This document shows positions 40,682 through 49,654 of a stretch of 64,000 bases of DNA, in pieces. The stretch's first letter is position 1. Each line of letters opens with the position of its first letter. The DNA is from Phycisphaerales bacterium. Its GTDB lineage: Bacteria; Planctomycetota; Phycisphaerae; Phycisphaerales; UBA1924. Below the pieces are notes generated by a model, which was given only the letters and a program-made list of their open reading frames with translations, was not told where the DNA came from and ran no database searches. The translations under genes and the position numbers were made by a program. The stretch spans positions 549 through 64,548 of the forward strand of contig CBDDIA010000001.1 of NCBI GenBank assembly GCA_965228685.1. Reading direction: 5' to 3'.

Positions 40682-41956
40682 ATGTCGAATGAATCGAATC
40701 GTCGAGTTGTCATCACCGGGTACGGCGCCCTGACGGATCTCGGGCACGACGCCCAGAGCACCTGGGACGCGATGATCGCGGGCAAGTCGGGCATCACCCC
40801 GATCTCGCACCCCGATTTCGCGGAGTACGACGATTGGAGCGTCACCATCGCCGGGCAGGTCCACGACTGGGACCCCGGGAGCGTGATCGATAAGAAGGAA
40901 GCCCGTCGGCTCGATCGGTCCGCCCAGCTCGGGCTCGCGGCCGCGATCGAGGCGGTCCGCCACTCCGGATGGGATCACACCCAGGGCGACCCAACCCGGC
41001 GCGGCGTCGTCGTCGGGTCGGGCATCGGCGGGATCTACGCGATCGAGTCCGCGGTCACCACCATGACCAAGAAGGGGCCCTCGCGGATCAACCCGTTCAC
41101 GGTGCCCAAGCTCATGGTCAACGCGATCACGGGCAATGTCGCGATCCAGTTCAACCTGCAGGGCCCAGCGAGCGCCCACGCGACCGCGTGTGCCTCGTCC
41201 GGGCACGCGATCGCCGACGCGGTCAACTACATCCGATCCGGGAAGGCGGATGTGATGATCGCGGGCGGTGCCGAGGCGGCAGTCACCCCGCTGTGCATCG
41301 GCGCGTTCATGACGATGAAGGCGCTCTCAACCCGCAACGACGAGCCAACGCGTGCGTCGCGCCCGTTTGACAAGGATCGCGATGGGTTCGTGCTCGCGGA
41401 GGGCGCGGGGATGTATGTCCTTGAGTCTGAGGAGCACGCGAAAGCACGCGGCGCAACGATCTACGCCGTCCTCTCCGGGTCGGGCAACTCGTGCGACGCG
41501 AGCCACATCACGGCCCCCAACGAGGAGGGTCGCGGCGCGTGCAACTCCATGCTCTGGGCGCTGCAGGACGCGGGACTCACGACGGACGATATCGACTACA
41601 TCAACGCGCACGGCACCTCGACCCCGCTCGGGGACAAGGCGGAGGTATACGCGGTGCAGAAGGTATTCGGCGATCGATCCAAGCCGGGCAACGGGCTCGT
41701 GATGAACTCCACCAAGTCCATGCACGGGCACTGCCTGGGGGCATCGGGCGCGGTTGAGCTCATCGCGTGCATCGGGGCGATCAACCACTCGATCATCCCC
41801 CCCACAATCAACATCGACAACCTCGATGACGGGTTTGAGAAGATTGATATTGTCGCGAACGCAGCGCGCGAGATGCCCGTTCGTCATGTGATGAACAACA
41901 CCTTCGGGTTCGGGGGGCACAATGTGACCCTGATCTGCTCGAAGTACGACGGGTAA
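40682..41956 (+). CDS. fabF: 3-oxoacyl-ACP synthase II
   Basis: ATG 40682 (MSNESNRRVVITGYGALT). Active-site ATACASSGHAI, NAHGTSTPLGD, HGHCLGASGAVE. Confidence 0.92.
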   Translation: MSNESNRRVVITGYGALTDLGHDAQSTWDAMIAGKSGITPISHPDFAEYDDWSVTIAGQVHDWDPGSVIDKKEARRLDRSAQLGLAAAIEAVRHSGWDHTQGDPTRRGVVVGSGIGGIYAIESAVTTMTKKGPSRINPFTVPKLMVNAITGNVAIQFNLQGPASAHATACASSGHAIADAVNYIRSGKADVMIAGGAEAAVTPLCIGAFMTMKALSTRNDEPTRASRPFDKDRDGFVLAEGAGMYVLESEEHAKARGATIYAVLSGSGNSCDASHITAPNEEGRGACNSMLWALQDAGLTTDDIDYINAHGTSTPLGDKAEVYAVQKVFGDRSKPGNGLVMNSTKSMHGHCLGASGAVELIACIGAINHSIIPPTINIDNLDDGFEKIDIVANAAREMPVRHVMNNTFGFGGHNVTLICSKYDG

Positions 41957-41996
41957 TCCCGATCCCTCGTTCGGGGTATGACTTGGCACATCTATT

Positions 41997-42026
41997 GCGT
42001 GACTCTCTCTCAGAGTCACGCTTTTT
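41997..42026 (+). terminator. Rho-independent terminator after fabF
   Basis: GCGTGACTCT-CTCTC-AGAGTCACGC perfect 10-bp stem followed by TTTTT. Confidence 0.8.
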
Positions 42027-42071
42027 CATGCGCCACGCAGATGGGGCGCAGGTCTTGCCGATGGAGCGGGT

Positions 42072-42410
42072 ATGAGCAGTTCGGATTTGCGCCGCATCAA
42101 CCAGATCATGGTCCCGTTCGTCGTCGTGCTCGGCGAACGACCGGTCAAGCTCAACGAGATCCTGGGTTGGATCCCGGGTTCGATCCTTGAGCTTGGACGC
42201 GACGCTGAGGAAGAGCTCGATATCCGCATCAACAACAAACCGATCGGCACCGGGACCGCGGTCAAGGTCGGCGAGAACTTCGGGGTCCAGATCAACTTCT
42301 GCGGCGATCCACATCACCGGATCGACGCGATGGGGCCCGGGTCTGATATGAGCGACGAAGATTTGGACGCGGATGCGCTCGCCGCAATGATGCTCGATGG
42401 ACAGATCTGA
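42072..42410 (+). CDS. FliN/SpoA (surface presentation of antigens) domain protein, stand-alone
   Basis: 112 aa. IMVPFVVVLGERPVKLNEILGWIPGSILELGRDAEEELDIRINNKPIGTGTAVKVGENFGVQI matches the FliN C-terminal fold pattern. Confidence 0.7.
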   Translation: MSSSDLRRINQIMVPFVVVLGERPVKLNEILGWIPGSILELGRDAEEELDIRINNKPIGTGTAVKVGENFGVQINFCGDPHHRIDAMGPGSDMSDEDLDADALAAMMLDGQI

Positions 42411-42425
42411 CGCGTCGTCGTCGAA

Positions 42426-43481
42426 CTATCGCGTGAAATCTCGCCCTCGGATGCCGTCGCGAGTAGCCCAGAAGAATGCCGGGTACTTCCCGAGCCCGGA
42501 GCTCTGGTTCCCGATCTCAAACCCATCCTCATCCATGGAGTAGTACCGGAGCGCGTTGATCGTGGGCTCCCAGTCGTCCGTGGGATTCGCGGCGCGAACG
42601 GTTGATGGGTCGTCGCTGTAGATATCGGAGTAGATGTCGCGGATGCTGACGCGCGTTACGCTCCCGTCCGCGGTGGCGACTGAAGGCTCGGCATCAAAGT
42701 TGTTCCACTGCGGAGAGTAGTTCTCACGACCGAAGATGATCGGTTCATCGACCCCGATCGCCGGATTTCGGTACGATGCCACACGCTCTTTCTTGGTCCA
42801 ATCAAAGCGTTCCCACATGATCACCTTCTGAGATGGGTACGCGACCTGGGACATTTTGCCCCGTCGAGCGAGCGATGCCCCGGTATCGAATCGGCGTGCG
42901 TTGGGACGACGATCATCGGCGTAGCGTTCGGGCGCGAACCAGGTGGTCGGCGAGAGAATGTACGAGCAATCCCAGTATCCAGTATCCAAGGTCCACCCGT
43001 TCGGGGGGTCATCTTGGAGATCCTGGAGGCGGAGCCGGAGGACACGATCAGAGGGTGAGAACTGGACTTCGGACGCGTAATCACCCGAGTTGAGCCACCC
43101 ACCAACCACGGAGTACCAGTGGAACGCGTACATCTCGGTGTAGTACGGCGAGTTCCCGCCAGCGCCACCTGGGCCATAGGAGAACTCGACACTAAATCGC
43201 GTTGGGGCACCGACTTTGTCCGCAACCCCCCACCCGCGTTGGCTGAAGCCGCCCCCATTCTGGTACGACTTGATCTTGAAGGGCACCATCAGGCTGTCAC
43301 GATGCTCGCTGACATAGACCTCTTGGATCTGGGCGAGCGAGCGGAGGTTTGCCTGACTCTTGACAAGGCGTGCAGAGGACTGGGCACCACTGATCGCGGG
43401 GATCAGGATCCCGACCAGGATCGCGATAATCGCGACTACCACGAGGACTTCGATAAGCGTAAAGGCCTTTTTCACAAGCAC
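42426..43481 (-). CDS. DUF1559 protein with prepilin-type N-terminal cleavage/methylation domain
   Basis: 351 aa. MLVKKAFTLIEVLVVVAIIAILVGILIPAISGAQ, then a DUF1559-like body (...SQANLRSLAQ...). Confidence 0.85.
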   Translation of the reverse strand: MLVKKAFTLIEVLVVVAIIAILVGILIPAISGAQSSARLVKSQANLRSLAQIQEVYVSEHRDSLMVPFKIKSYQNGGGFSQRGWGVADKVGAPTRFSVEFSYGPGGAGGNSPYYTEMYAFHWYSVVGGWLNSGDYASEVQFSPSDRVLRLRLQDLQDDPPNGWTLDTGYWDCSYILSPTTWFAPERYADDRRPNARRFDTGASLARRGKMSQVAYPSQKVIMWERFDWTKKERVASYRNPAIGVDEPIIFGRENYSPQWNNFDAEPSVATADGSVTRVSIRDIYSDIYSDDPSTVRAANPTDDWEPTINALRYYSMDEDGFEIGNQSSGLGKYPAFFWATRDGIRGRDFTR

Positions 43482-43760
43482 TTCCTCACACCAACGCGAT
43501 CTTCTTCAGATCTTGAAAGACAAATTCCGTACAAACCAGGGCGATCGCCTCAGGGTCGAGTATACCAGAACTTGGTAAAAACTACAACTGTTCTAAAATA
43601 ATATGTTATATGAACAGTAGGGTGGGTCCGTCTCCGAATCATCCCCGTATTTTGAGACATTCCGAGAGCCGGGCGGCAACTGGATCGGGCGATGAGCCGA
43701 TACCATATCTGGCTCCGGACGCTCGGAGCGCTCCGAGGACTCGAGAAACGAGAACCAACG

Positions 43761-45776
43761 ATGCCCAGAGATATCCCCGTCGGCAACGGCAGCCTGCTCA
43801 TCACCTTTGACGATCTGTACCGGATCCGCGATCTCTACTCGCCCCGGGTGGGTCGGCACAACCACACCAACGGGCATGTGCAGCGGTTCGGCGTCTGGGT
43901 CGATGGGCAGATGGCATGGATCGAGGATGAGGGGTGGCATCGCGATCTGCGATACAAGCCCGACTCGCTGACCACCGAGGTCGTCCTCACGCACCACAAC
44001 CTCGGGCTCGAGGTGATCTGTCACGATGTGGTGGATATCCACAAGCCGGTGTACTTCCGCAAGTTCGCCGTGCGTGATCTCGCGGGCAAGTCCCGCGATG
44101 TGCGTGTGTTCTTCCATTGCGATCTCTCGATCAACGGGTCGCCCGTGGGCGACACAGCGAACTACGACCCGACGACGCGGGCCGTCATCATGTACAAGGA
44201 CGACGCGTACTTCCTGATCAACACCTGCGACCAGAACAAGGCTGGGGTTGAGCATTGGGCGATCGGTGCCAAGCGCGTCGGCGGCGCGGAGGGTACCTGG
44301 CGCGACGCAGAGGACGGGCAGCTCGGACGAAACGCGATCTCGCAAGGCTCGGTCGACGCGACCGTCGGCGTGCACCTGCAGGTCAAGCCATTCGAGACCC
44401 AGTCCGCGACCATCTGGGTCGTGTGCACCCAGAACTACGAGGACGCAAAGCACATCAACCAGCGCATCTGGGAGATCGGGCCCGATCGATTGATTGCGCG
44501 GACCGAAGCGTATTGGAAGCTCTGGTCCCGCAAGGAACCCATCAACATCGGGTCGTTGCCCGAGCCCGTGCAGGATCTATTCTATCGATCACAGCTCATC
44601 CTGCGGACACAGATCGACAACGGCGGCGCGATCATCGCGGCGAATGACTCGGACATCACGCACTTTGCGGGTGATCACTATTCGTACTGCTGGATGCGTG
44701 ATGGGGCGTTGGTGGCGCATGGCCTGATCCTCGCGGGTCAGAGTGAGCTCAGCCGGAGCTTTTTCCGGTTCGCTGCCAACTGCATCGGTGACAAGCCCTA
44801 CTTCCTCCACAAGTACACACCCGAGGGGAACCTCGCGAGCTCGTGGCACCCCTGGACCCTCGAGGGTCAGGCGATCCTCCCGATCCAGCAGGACGAGACG
44901 GCGCTGACCCTGTGGGCGCTGCGTGAGCATTACGAAGCCTTCCGTGATGTCGAGTTCATCAAGGAGCTCTACATCTCCCTCGTGGTCAAGCCCGCGCAGT
45001 GGATGCTCGATCATCGCGATCACAACGGGCTCCCGCTGCAGTCGTGGGACCTTTGGGAAGAGCGACGCGGGATCCACACTTTTACGGTCGCTGCGACGGT
45101 CGGGGCGCTCAACGCAGCCGCGAAGTTCGCGCGCGACTTTGGCGAGATCGACCGGGCCGCGGCGTTCCGCGAGGGCGCTGAGCGGATGAAGGGCGCGATG
45201 CGCCGTCATCTCTGGCACAAGGAACGCCAGCAGTTCGCCCGCATGGCGGTGCCGCTGGATGATGGGTCTTACCGACTGGACATGACCCGCGATAGCGCGA
45301 ACTACGCGCTCTTCGCGTTCGGCGCGTTCGAGCCCGAGGACCCGATGGTCGAGTCGGAGATGAACTCGCTGCGTGATCGGCTGTGGGTGAAGACTGATGT
45401 CGGCGGATGCGCACGATACGAGCGTGACTACTACCACCAGGTCGAGACCGAGAACACCGAGGAAATCCCGGGGAACCCGTGGGTCATCTGCACCCTGTGG
45501 CACGCGCAGTACCACATCACGCGGGCGAAGACGCTCACGGAGCTGCGACTGGCGCTGCCGCTGCTTGAGTGGACATCTCAGCGGACCTTGCGATCGGGCG
45601 TGCTCGCGGAGCAGTTCGACCCGTACTCGGGCGCGCCGATGAGCGTGTCGCCGTTGACCTGGTCGCACGCAACGGTGGTGAGCACCTGCGTGATGTACGC
45701 GAAGAAGTTCGACGAGCTCAGCGCCAAGGCAACCTCGGCACCGGCACAGAGCTCGAACGCATCGAAACGGTCTTGA
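43761..45776 (+). CDS. Glycoside hydrolase family 15 (glucoamylase/glucodextranase/trehalase-like)
   Basis: ATG 43761 (MPRDIPVGNGSLLITFD). YSYCWMRDGALVAHGL, LQSWDLWEER, VLAEQFDPYSG, PLTWSHA. Confidence 0.85.
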   Translation: MPRDIPVGNGSLLITFDDLYRIRDLYSPRVGRHNHTNGHVQRFGVWVDGQMAWIEDEGWHRDLRYKPDSLTTEVVLTHHNLGLEVICHDVVDIHKPVYFRKFAVRDLAGKSRDVRVFFHCDLSINGSPVGDTANYDPTTRAVIMYKDDAYFLINTCDQNKAGVEHWAIGAKRVGGAEGTWRDAEDGQLGRNAISQGSVDATVGVHLQVKPFETQSATIWVVCTQNYEDAKHINQRIWEIGPDRLIARTEAYWKLWSRKEPINIGSLPEPVQDLFYRSQLILRTQIDNGGAIIAANDSDITHFAGDHYSYCWMRDGALVAHGLILAGQSELSRSFFRFAANCIGDKPYFLHKYTPEGNLASSWHPWTLEGQAILPIQQDETALTLWALREHYEAFRDVEFIKELYISLVVKPAQWMLDHRDHNGLPLQSWDLWEERRGIHTFTVAATVGALNAAAKFARDFGEIDRAAAFREGAERMKGAMRRHLWHKERQQFARMAVPLDDGSYRLDMTRDSANYALFAFGAFEPEDPMVESEMNSLRDRLWVKTDVGGCARYERDYYHQVETENTEEIPGNPWVICTLWHAQYHITRAKTLTELRLALPLLEWTSQRTLRSGVLAEQFDPYSGAPMSVSPLTWSHATVVSTCVMYAKKFDELSAKATSAPAQSSNASKRS

Positions 45777-45786
45777 TCGTGAACAA

Positions 45787-46377
45787 TCAGGTAACCGGGC
45801 GCATCTGACGCATGACCGCGGGCTCACCACGGCGGGAGGAGTCGATCACGACGAACACCCGCGTTGGTTTGTCTGTCGGGTTCGCGAACCGATGATCGAC
45901 ATCGCTTGAGAAGTTCACACTCTCGTTGGGCCAGAGTGTGATGGATTCATCACCTTTATCGACCGCGATCGTGATCTCGCCCTCGACGCAGGTCGCGTGT
46001 TCGATGACTCCGGCACCGTCCGCGTTCCAGAACACCTCACTCTTAGGCGGGAACACGAAAAGTAGGACCTGGATCCCGTGCTGAACCATGGGCGGTGAGA
46101 GCAGGTGGCGCTCGACGCCGTTGGATGGGTCGATGAGGACCTTGCGTCGATCGCCTTCGAGCTTTTCGAACTGAACATCCGGGGGGACATCGAGCAGGTC
46201 CGATATCTGGCAATCAAGCCCGCTGGCGATGCTGCACGCGACTCGGAGCGTGGGGTTTTTCTTCCCCGTCTCGATTTCCGAGAGCATTGCTTTGGAAACG
46301 GATGTCCGCTCGGCCAGCTCGCCGAGTGAGAATCCCATCTTTGATCGCCTTAAACGGACGGCTTCGCCAAACTCCAT
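45787..46377 (-). CDS. XRE-family HTH transcriptional regulator with C-terminal cupin domain
   Basis: 196 aa. FGEAVRLRRSKMGFSLGELAERTSVSKAMLSEIETGKKNPTL, then a cupin-like beta region (GEITIAVDKGDESITLWPNESVNFSSDVDHRFAN). Confidence 0.85.
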   Translation of the reverse strand: MEFGEAVRLRRSKMGFSLGELAERTSVSKAMLSEIETGKKNPTLRVACSIASGLDCQISDLLDVPPDVQFEKLEGDRRKVLIDPSNGVERHLLSPPMVQHGIQVLLFVFPPKSEVFWNADGAGVIEHATCVEGEITIAVDKGDESITLWPNESVNFSSDVDHRFANPTDKPTRVFVVIDSSRRGEPAVMRQMRPVT

Positions 46378-46406
46378 GCACGCTCCTAGGGCTTCATACC
46401 CAATAT

Positions 46407-46475
46407 TATTCGCTTTTGAGAAAATTGTTCACAATAGCGAATAGCTATCCGATACCAATCGTACACTATAGCGAA
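46407..46475. promoter_or_regulatory. Putative operator region: nested palindromes and repeated TAGCGAA half-sites in an AT-richer divergent intergenic region
   Basis: TATTCGCT (46407-46414) and AGCGAATA (46436-46443) are 8-bp inverted arms. ATTGT-tc-ACAAT is nested between them. TAGCGAA recurs at 46469-46475. The region lies between the XRE-cupin gene and a small SD-led ORF. Confidence 0.4.
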
Positions 46476-46534
46476 CACCCTGTCGCGGTCGAGTGTTCCC
46501 ACAAAGCTCCCAGACCGCAGGAAGGAGCATACTC

Positions 46535-46663
46535 ATGCGGAAAACCAAGTGCATCGATTGTTGGACCTCGTACCCCTCGAATCACGAGATGGTGCTCTGG
46601 GGTGTTGCGGGCGTGTTGATCAGCCTGGCGTTTACTGGGCTCGCAGTGTCCGGGATGCTCTGA
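46535..46663 (+). CDS. Candidate 42-aa small membrane protein (below the ORF-track cutoff)
   Basis: AAGGAG (46522-46527) lies 7 nt before ATG 46535. Translation: MRKTKCIDCWTSYPSNHEMVLWGVAGVLISLAFTGLAVSGML, with CxxC at the N-terminus and one C-terminal TM helix. TGA at 46661-46663. Confidence 0.4.
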   Translation: MRKTKCIDCWTSYPSNHEMVLWGVAGVLISLAFTGLAVSGML

Positions 46664-46664
46664 A

Positions 46665-46937
46665 TCAGCTTTTTGAGACCTTGGTGACGAATCGTGCGAG
46701 CGCTTCAACATCTCGCGATTCGACGATGTTCTCTACTTCCTTTGACTCTTGTCTGACCCTCTCTAGAGCTTGCTCGGCGCGTTTCCAAAGCCGGGCAAGC
46801 TTTTTCTCATCCCCTCCCGCGAGCGCCATGTCCGTGACGATCTCTCCGAGCCGTGTCACGACGATCGTATCGATGTTGTCGTAATAGCGGTTGATGATCT
46901 TGCGTTGGTGTGCGGAGTACTCGCGTCCATTGCCCAT
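46665..46937 (-). CDS. Small hypothetical protein (90 aa, helical, charged)
   Basis: MGNGREYSAHQRKIINRYYDNIDTIVVTRLGEIV... Coherent ORF, 35 nt downstream of the AraC gene on the same strand. Confidence 0.5.
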   Translation of the reverse strand: MGNGREYSAHQRKIINRYYDNIDTIVVTRLGEIVTDMALAGGDEKKLARLWKRAEQALERVRQESKEVENIVESRDVEALARFVTKVSKS

Positions 46938-46972
46938 GATGGTGCTCCTTGGTTGGGGCTGATCATAGGGAT

Positions 46973-47947
46973 TCAGTGCTCACGCAGAGCGCGAACGAGA
47001 TGATTCATGGATTCGCGGAGCACCTGTTTCGACTGGTTCGCGAGGTGCTTGGGTGCGACACCCAGCGTGGACTGGAACGCGGCGCTCATGTGCGCGTGCG
47101 ACGAGAATCCGCACTCGTCAGCGAGCAGCGAGAACTGTCCGCGCATATCGGGGAGGCGATCGATCGCGCGCATCAGTCGCACGATCATCAGCGATTCCGA
47201 GAGCGTGTGACCCGTGTGCGAGCGGAAGAGTCGCGAGAGGTACCCGGGCGAGAGCTCCACCTCATCAGAGAGGGTTGCGAGCGACCATGGACGCCCAGGA
47301 TCCATGCAGAGGCGCTCGATCGCGTCATCGACCCACGCCCGCTGTGTCCGGCGTGTTTCAGGCGGGAGCGAGCGAACACGCTGGGCTCCTGCGTGCGCGA
47401 ACACCCCCGCGATCGCGTGCTCCACGATTTGCATCGCAAGCTCGTCGAACTCGAGGGGATCGATCGCGTGCGACGACCGGAACACGGCGCGCTCGAGTTG
47501 ATGCGCGAGCGTCTGGGCGACGGGGTTACACGGGCCGTACCGATGAGCGAAGGGGTCGTCGGGTCGATCCTGTGCTCGCGGGTCGTGGCTCGCAGCGAGC
47601 TCGCACGCGAGCGCAATCGGCATGGAGAGGAAGACGGTGCGCTGCCCGATGTCGTTGCGCGCGGATCGGGTGTATGGGCCGTTGGGCCGCGTCATCGCGA
47701 CGGTCGTCGGCGCGAGCAGGACCGGGTCTGCATCTGCAAACTCGACCTCAATCGGGAGAAGCGAGAACGCGATCGCCGCCCCCTGCCCGGTGTGCTGCTC
47801 CCCGACCCAACCGGAATCATTGAGTGGACGCGATTCGGATCCCATCACGAAAAGCTCGCCCCGGGCGTATTGGATGCTGTCGCTTTGTTGGAACTGGATC
47901 GCCTGGGGCATGATCTGGTGTACGCGGGTGGGAACTTGTGGTTTCAT
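46973..47947 (-). CDS. AraC-family transcriptional regulator
   Basis: 324 aa. C-terminal double HTH (WSLATLSDEVELSPGYLSRLFRSHTGHTLSESLMIVRLMRAIDRL...LLADECGFSSHAHMSAAFQSTLGVAPKH). Confidence 0.85.
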   Translation of the reverse strand: MKPQVPTRVHQIMPQAIQFQQSDSIQYARGELFVMGSESRPLNDSGWVGEQHTGQGAAIAFSLLPIEVEFADADPVLLAPTTVAMTRPNGPYTRSARNDIGQRTVFLSMPIALACELAASHDPRAQDRPDDPFAHRYGPCNPVAQTLAHQLERAVFRSSHAIDPLEFDELAMQIVEHAIAGVFAHAGAQRVRSLPPETRRTQRAWVDDAIERLCMDPGRPWSLATLSDEVELSPGYLSRLFRSHTGHTLSESLMIVRLMRAIDRLPDMRGQFSLLADECGFSSHAHMSAAFQSTLGVAPKHLANQSKQVLRESMNHLVRALREH

Positions 47948-48042
47948 GCGCGCCGCGAGCGCGCATGGATCTAACAGCTCGCAGCCTTTTTGTAAGCGTC
48001 TTGTTTGGGTTTCAGGTGATGATCGGACGCGGAGAAGCCATG

Positions 48043-48068
48043 AAAAAACGCACCCGGTGTGGGTGCGT
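48043..48068 (-). terminator. Rho-independent terminator downstream of tRNA-Lys (minus strand)
   Basis: The minus strand reads ACGCACCC-ACACC-GGGTGCGT followed by TTTTTT. Confidence 0.65.
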
Positions 48069-48081
48069 CTGGTACTTCAAG

Positions 48082-48154
<73 letters not shown>

Positions 48155-48210
48155 AAGATTGCAGGGTCAAATATAGCCCCCCCCTCGCGGGTTGTCCAGC
48201 GCGTCGTTCG

Positions 48211-48239
48211 TTGACTCTTATGGGTTGGGAGACTATGGT
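48211..48239 (+). promoter_or_regulatory. Putative sigma-70-type promoter for rpmF-plsX-fabHDG
   Basis: TTGACT (48211-48216), 17-nt spacer, TATGGT (48234-48239). This predicts a ~120-nt leader before rpmF. Confidence 0.4.
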
Positions 48240-48365
48240 TCCCGTCCATCTCCGGCGGTGTGCCGGGAGGGATATCGAACCACCCGCGGCCGGGCCCGGC
48301 CGCCTATCCACCGCCCGTTCCTGTGCTTGCCATTGGCATCCGGATCGCGCAGTCAGGAGCACCCG

Positions 48366-48563
48366 ATGCTTCCAACCCAACGCCAGAGCCGTGGCCGCAG
48401 CAAGCGCCGTCGTTCGCACGACTCGATCACCGGCAAGACCCCGACGATCTGCCCCCTGAGCGGGATGCCCAAGCTCCACCATCGCGCGTGCGCCGAGTCG
48501 GGTTATGTCCGTCCGGGCCTGCGCATCAAGGTGCGGAAGCTCGGGATCGGCACCAACGCCTGA
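48366..48563 (+). CDS. rpmF: 50S ribosomal protein L32
   Basis: AGGAG (48354-48358) then ATG 48366. MLPTQRQSRGRSKRRRSHDSITGKTPTICPLSGMPKLHHRACAESGYVRPG matches the L32 pattern (basic N-terminus, RRxHD, C-x-x-x-G-x-x-K-L-x-H-R-x-C). Confidence 0.85.
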   Translation: MLPTQRQSRGRSKRRRSHDSITGKTPTICPLSGMPKLHHRACAESGYVRPGLRIKVRKLGIGTNA

Positions 48564-48616
48564 TCTCCGACGCACTCCAGAGCACACCCTGAAATCTGCA
48601 CGGACGGAGGTCGGAC

Positions 48617-49654
48617 TTGTCGATCCGCATCGGTATTGATGTCATGGGCGGCGATCATGCCCCCGGAGCGATCCTCGATGGATGCTGTCAGGCACTCGCG
48701 TACCTGAGCGAGGCCGATCGGCTTATCCTCATCGGGCCTGAGGATCTCATCAAGTCCGCGCTCGCGGAACGCAGCATCGACGATCCGCGCATCGAGATCT
48801 CGCACGCAAGCGAGGCGATCCCCATGGGCGCCTCCCCGACCGTTGCGGTTCGTCAGATGCAGGACTCATCCATTGTGCAGATGGCCAAGCTCGGATCAAA
48901 GAAGGCCGAGGTCCGGTGCGACGCGGTCATCAGCGCCGGCAACACCGGCGCGTGTGTTGCTGCGGGTCAGATGCACATGAAGCGCCTCGATGGCGTGCAC
49001 CGTCCGGGCATCGCCGTCACCTTTCCTTCGTTCCATGGCCCGGTTGTCCTGTGCGACGCGGGCGCCAACCCCGAGCCGCGTGCGACGCACTTGTGGCAGT
49101 ACGGGATCATGGCGAGCATCCACGCCCAGCGTGTTCTCGGGATCGAGAACCCTCGCGTCGGACTCATGAACATCGGATCTGAAGAAGGCAAGGGCTCGGG
49201 TCTCGCGAAGGAGACTGCGGACCTGCTCAAGCGGACCCCCGGGATCAACTACATCGGGTACATCGAGGGACGCGATGTGTTCTCTGGCACGGCCGATGTC
49301 ATCGTGACGGACGGGTTCGTTGGGAACACGGTGCTCAAGATGGCTGAGGGGTTTGCCAAGAGCATCTTCCAGGCGATCGCGCAGGAGATCTTCGAGCACG
49401 ATCCCAAGCTCGCGATGCAGTTTGAGCCGATCGTCAAGCAGATCTACAAGAAGAACGACTACCACGAGTACGGCGGGGCACCCCTCCTTGGGGTCAACGG
49501 CGTCATGATGATCGCGCACGGTTCGAGCGAGGCGCGAACGATCACGGCGGCCATCCGCAACACGCTTGACTATGTGCGTGGGCATGTCAACGACGAGATC
49601 GTTGAACGCCTCGCGCAGGTCTCCCAGATCGAGCAAGGCGAACCCGCATCATGA
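48617..49654 (+). CDS. plsX: Phosphate acyltransferase PlsX
   Basis: TTG start preceded by GGAGG. IGIDVMGGDHAPGAIL, SAGNTGA, GFVGNTVLK, GAPLLGVNG. Confidence 0.92.
   Translation: MSIRIGIDVMGGDHAPGAILDGCCQALAYLSEADRLILIGPEDLIKSALAERSIDDPRIEISHASEAIPMGASPTVAVRQMQDSSIVQMAKLGSKKAEVRCDAVISAGNTGACVAAGQMHMKRLDGVHRPGIAVTFPSFHGPVVLCDAGANPEPRATHLWQYGIMASIHAQRVLGIENPRVGLMNIGSEEGKGSGLAKETADLLKRTPGINYIGYIEGRDVFSGTADVIVTDGFVGNTVLKMAEGFAKSIFQAIAQEIFEHDPKLAMQFEPIVKQIYKKNDYHEYGGAPLLGVNGVMMIAHGSSEARTITAAIRNTLDYVRGHVNDEIVERLAQVSQIEQGEPAS

Noticed and set aside
44589-45830. 413-aa minus-strand ORF
   Set aside because: Antisense shadow of the GH15 gene. The same reasoning applies to 34204..35199, 12155..13123, 13916..15043, 15361..16086, 62517..63275, 46949..47974 and other long antisense ORFs.
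48255-48300. tRNA-like fragment on the minus strand (GGTTCGATATCCCTCCCGGCAC), considered as a tRNA remnant or att site marking an island border
   Set aside because: No complete cloverleaf can be drawn. It does not match the 3' end of the adjacent tRNA-Lys. No integrase is present. It is better explained as part of the GC-rich rpmF leader structure.
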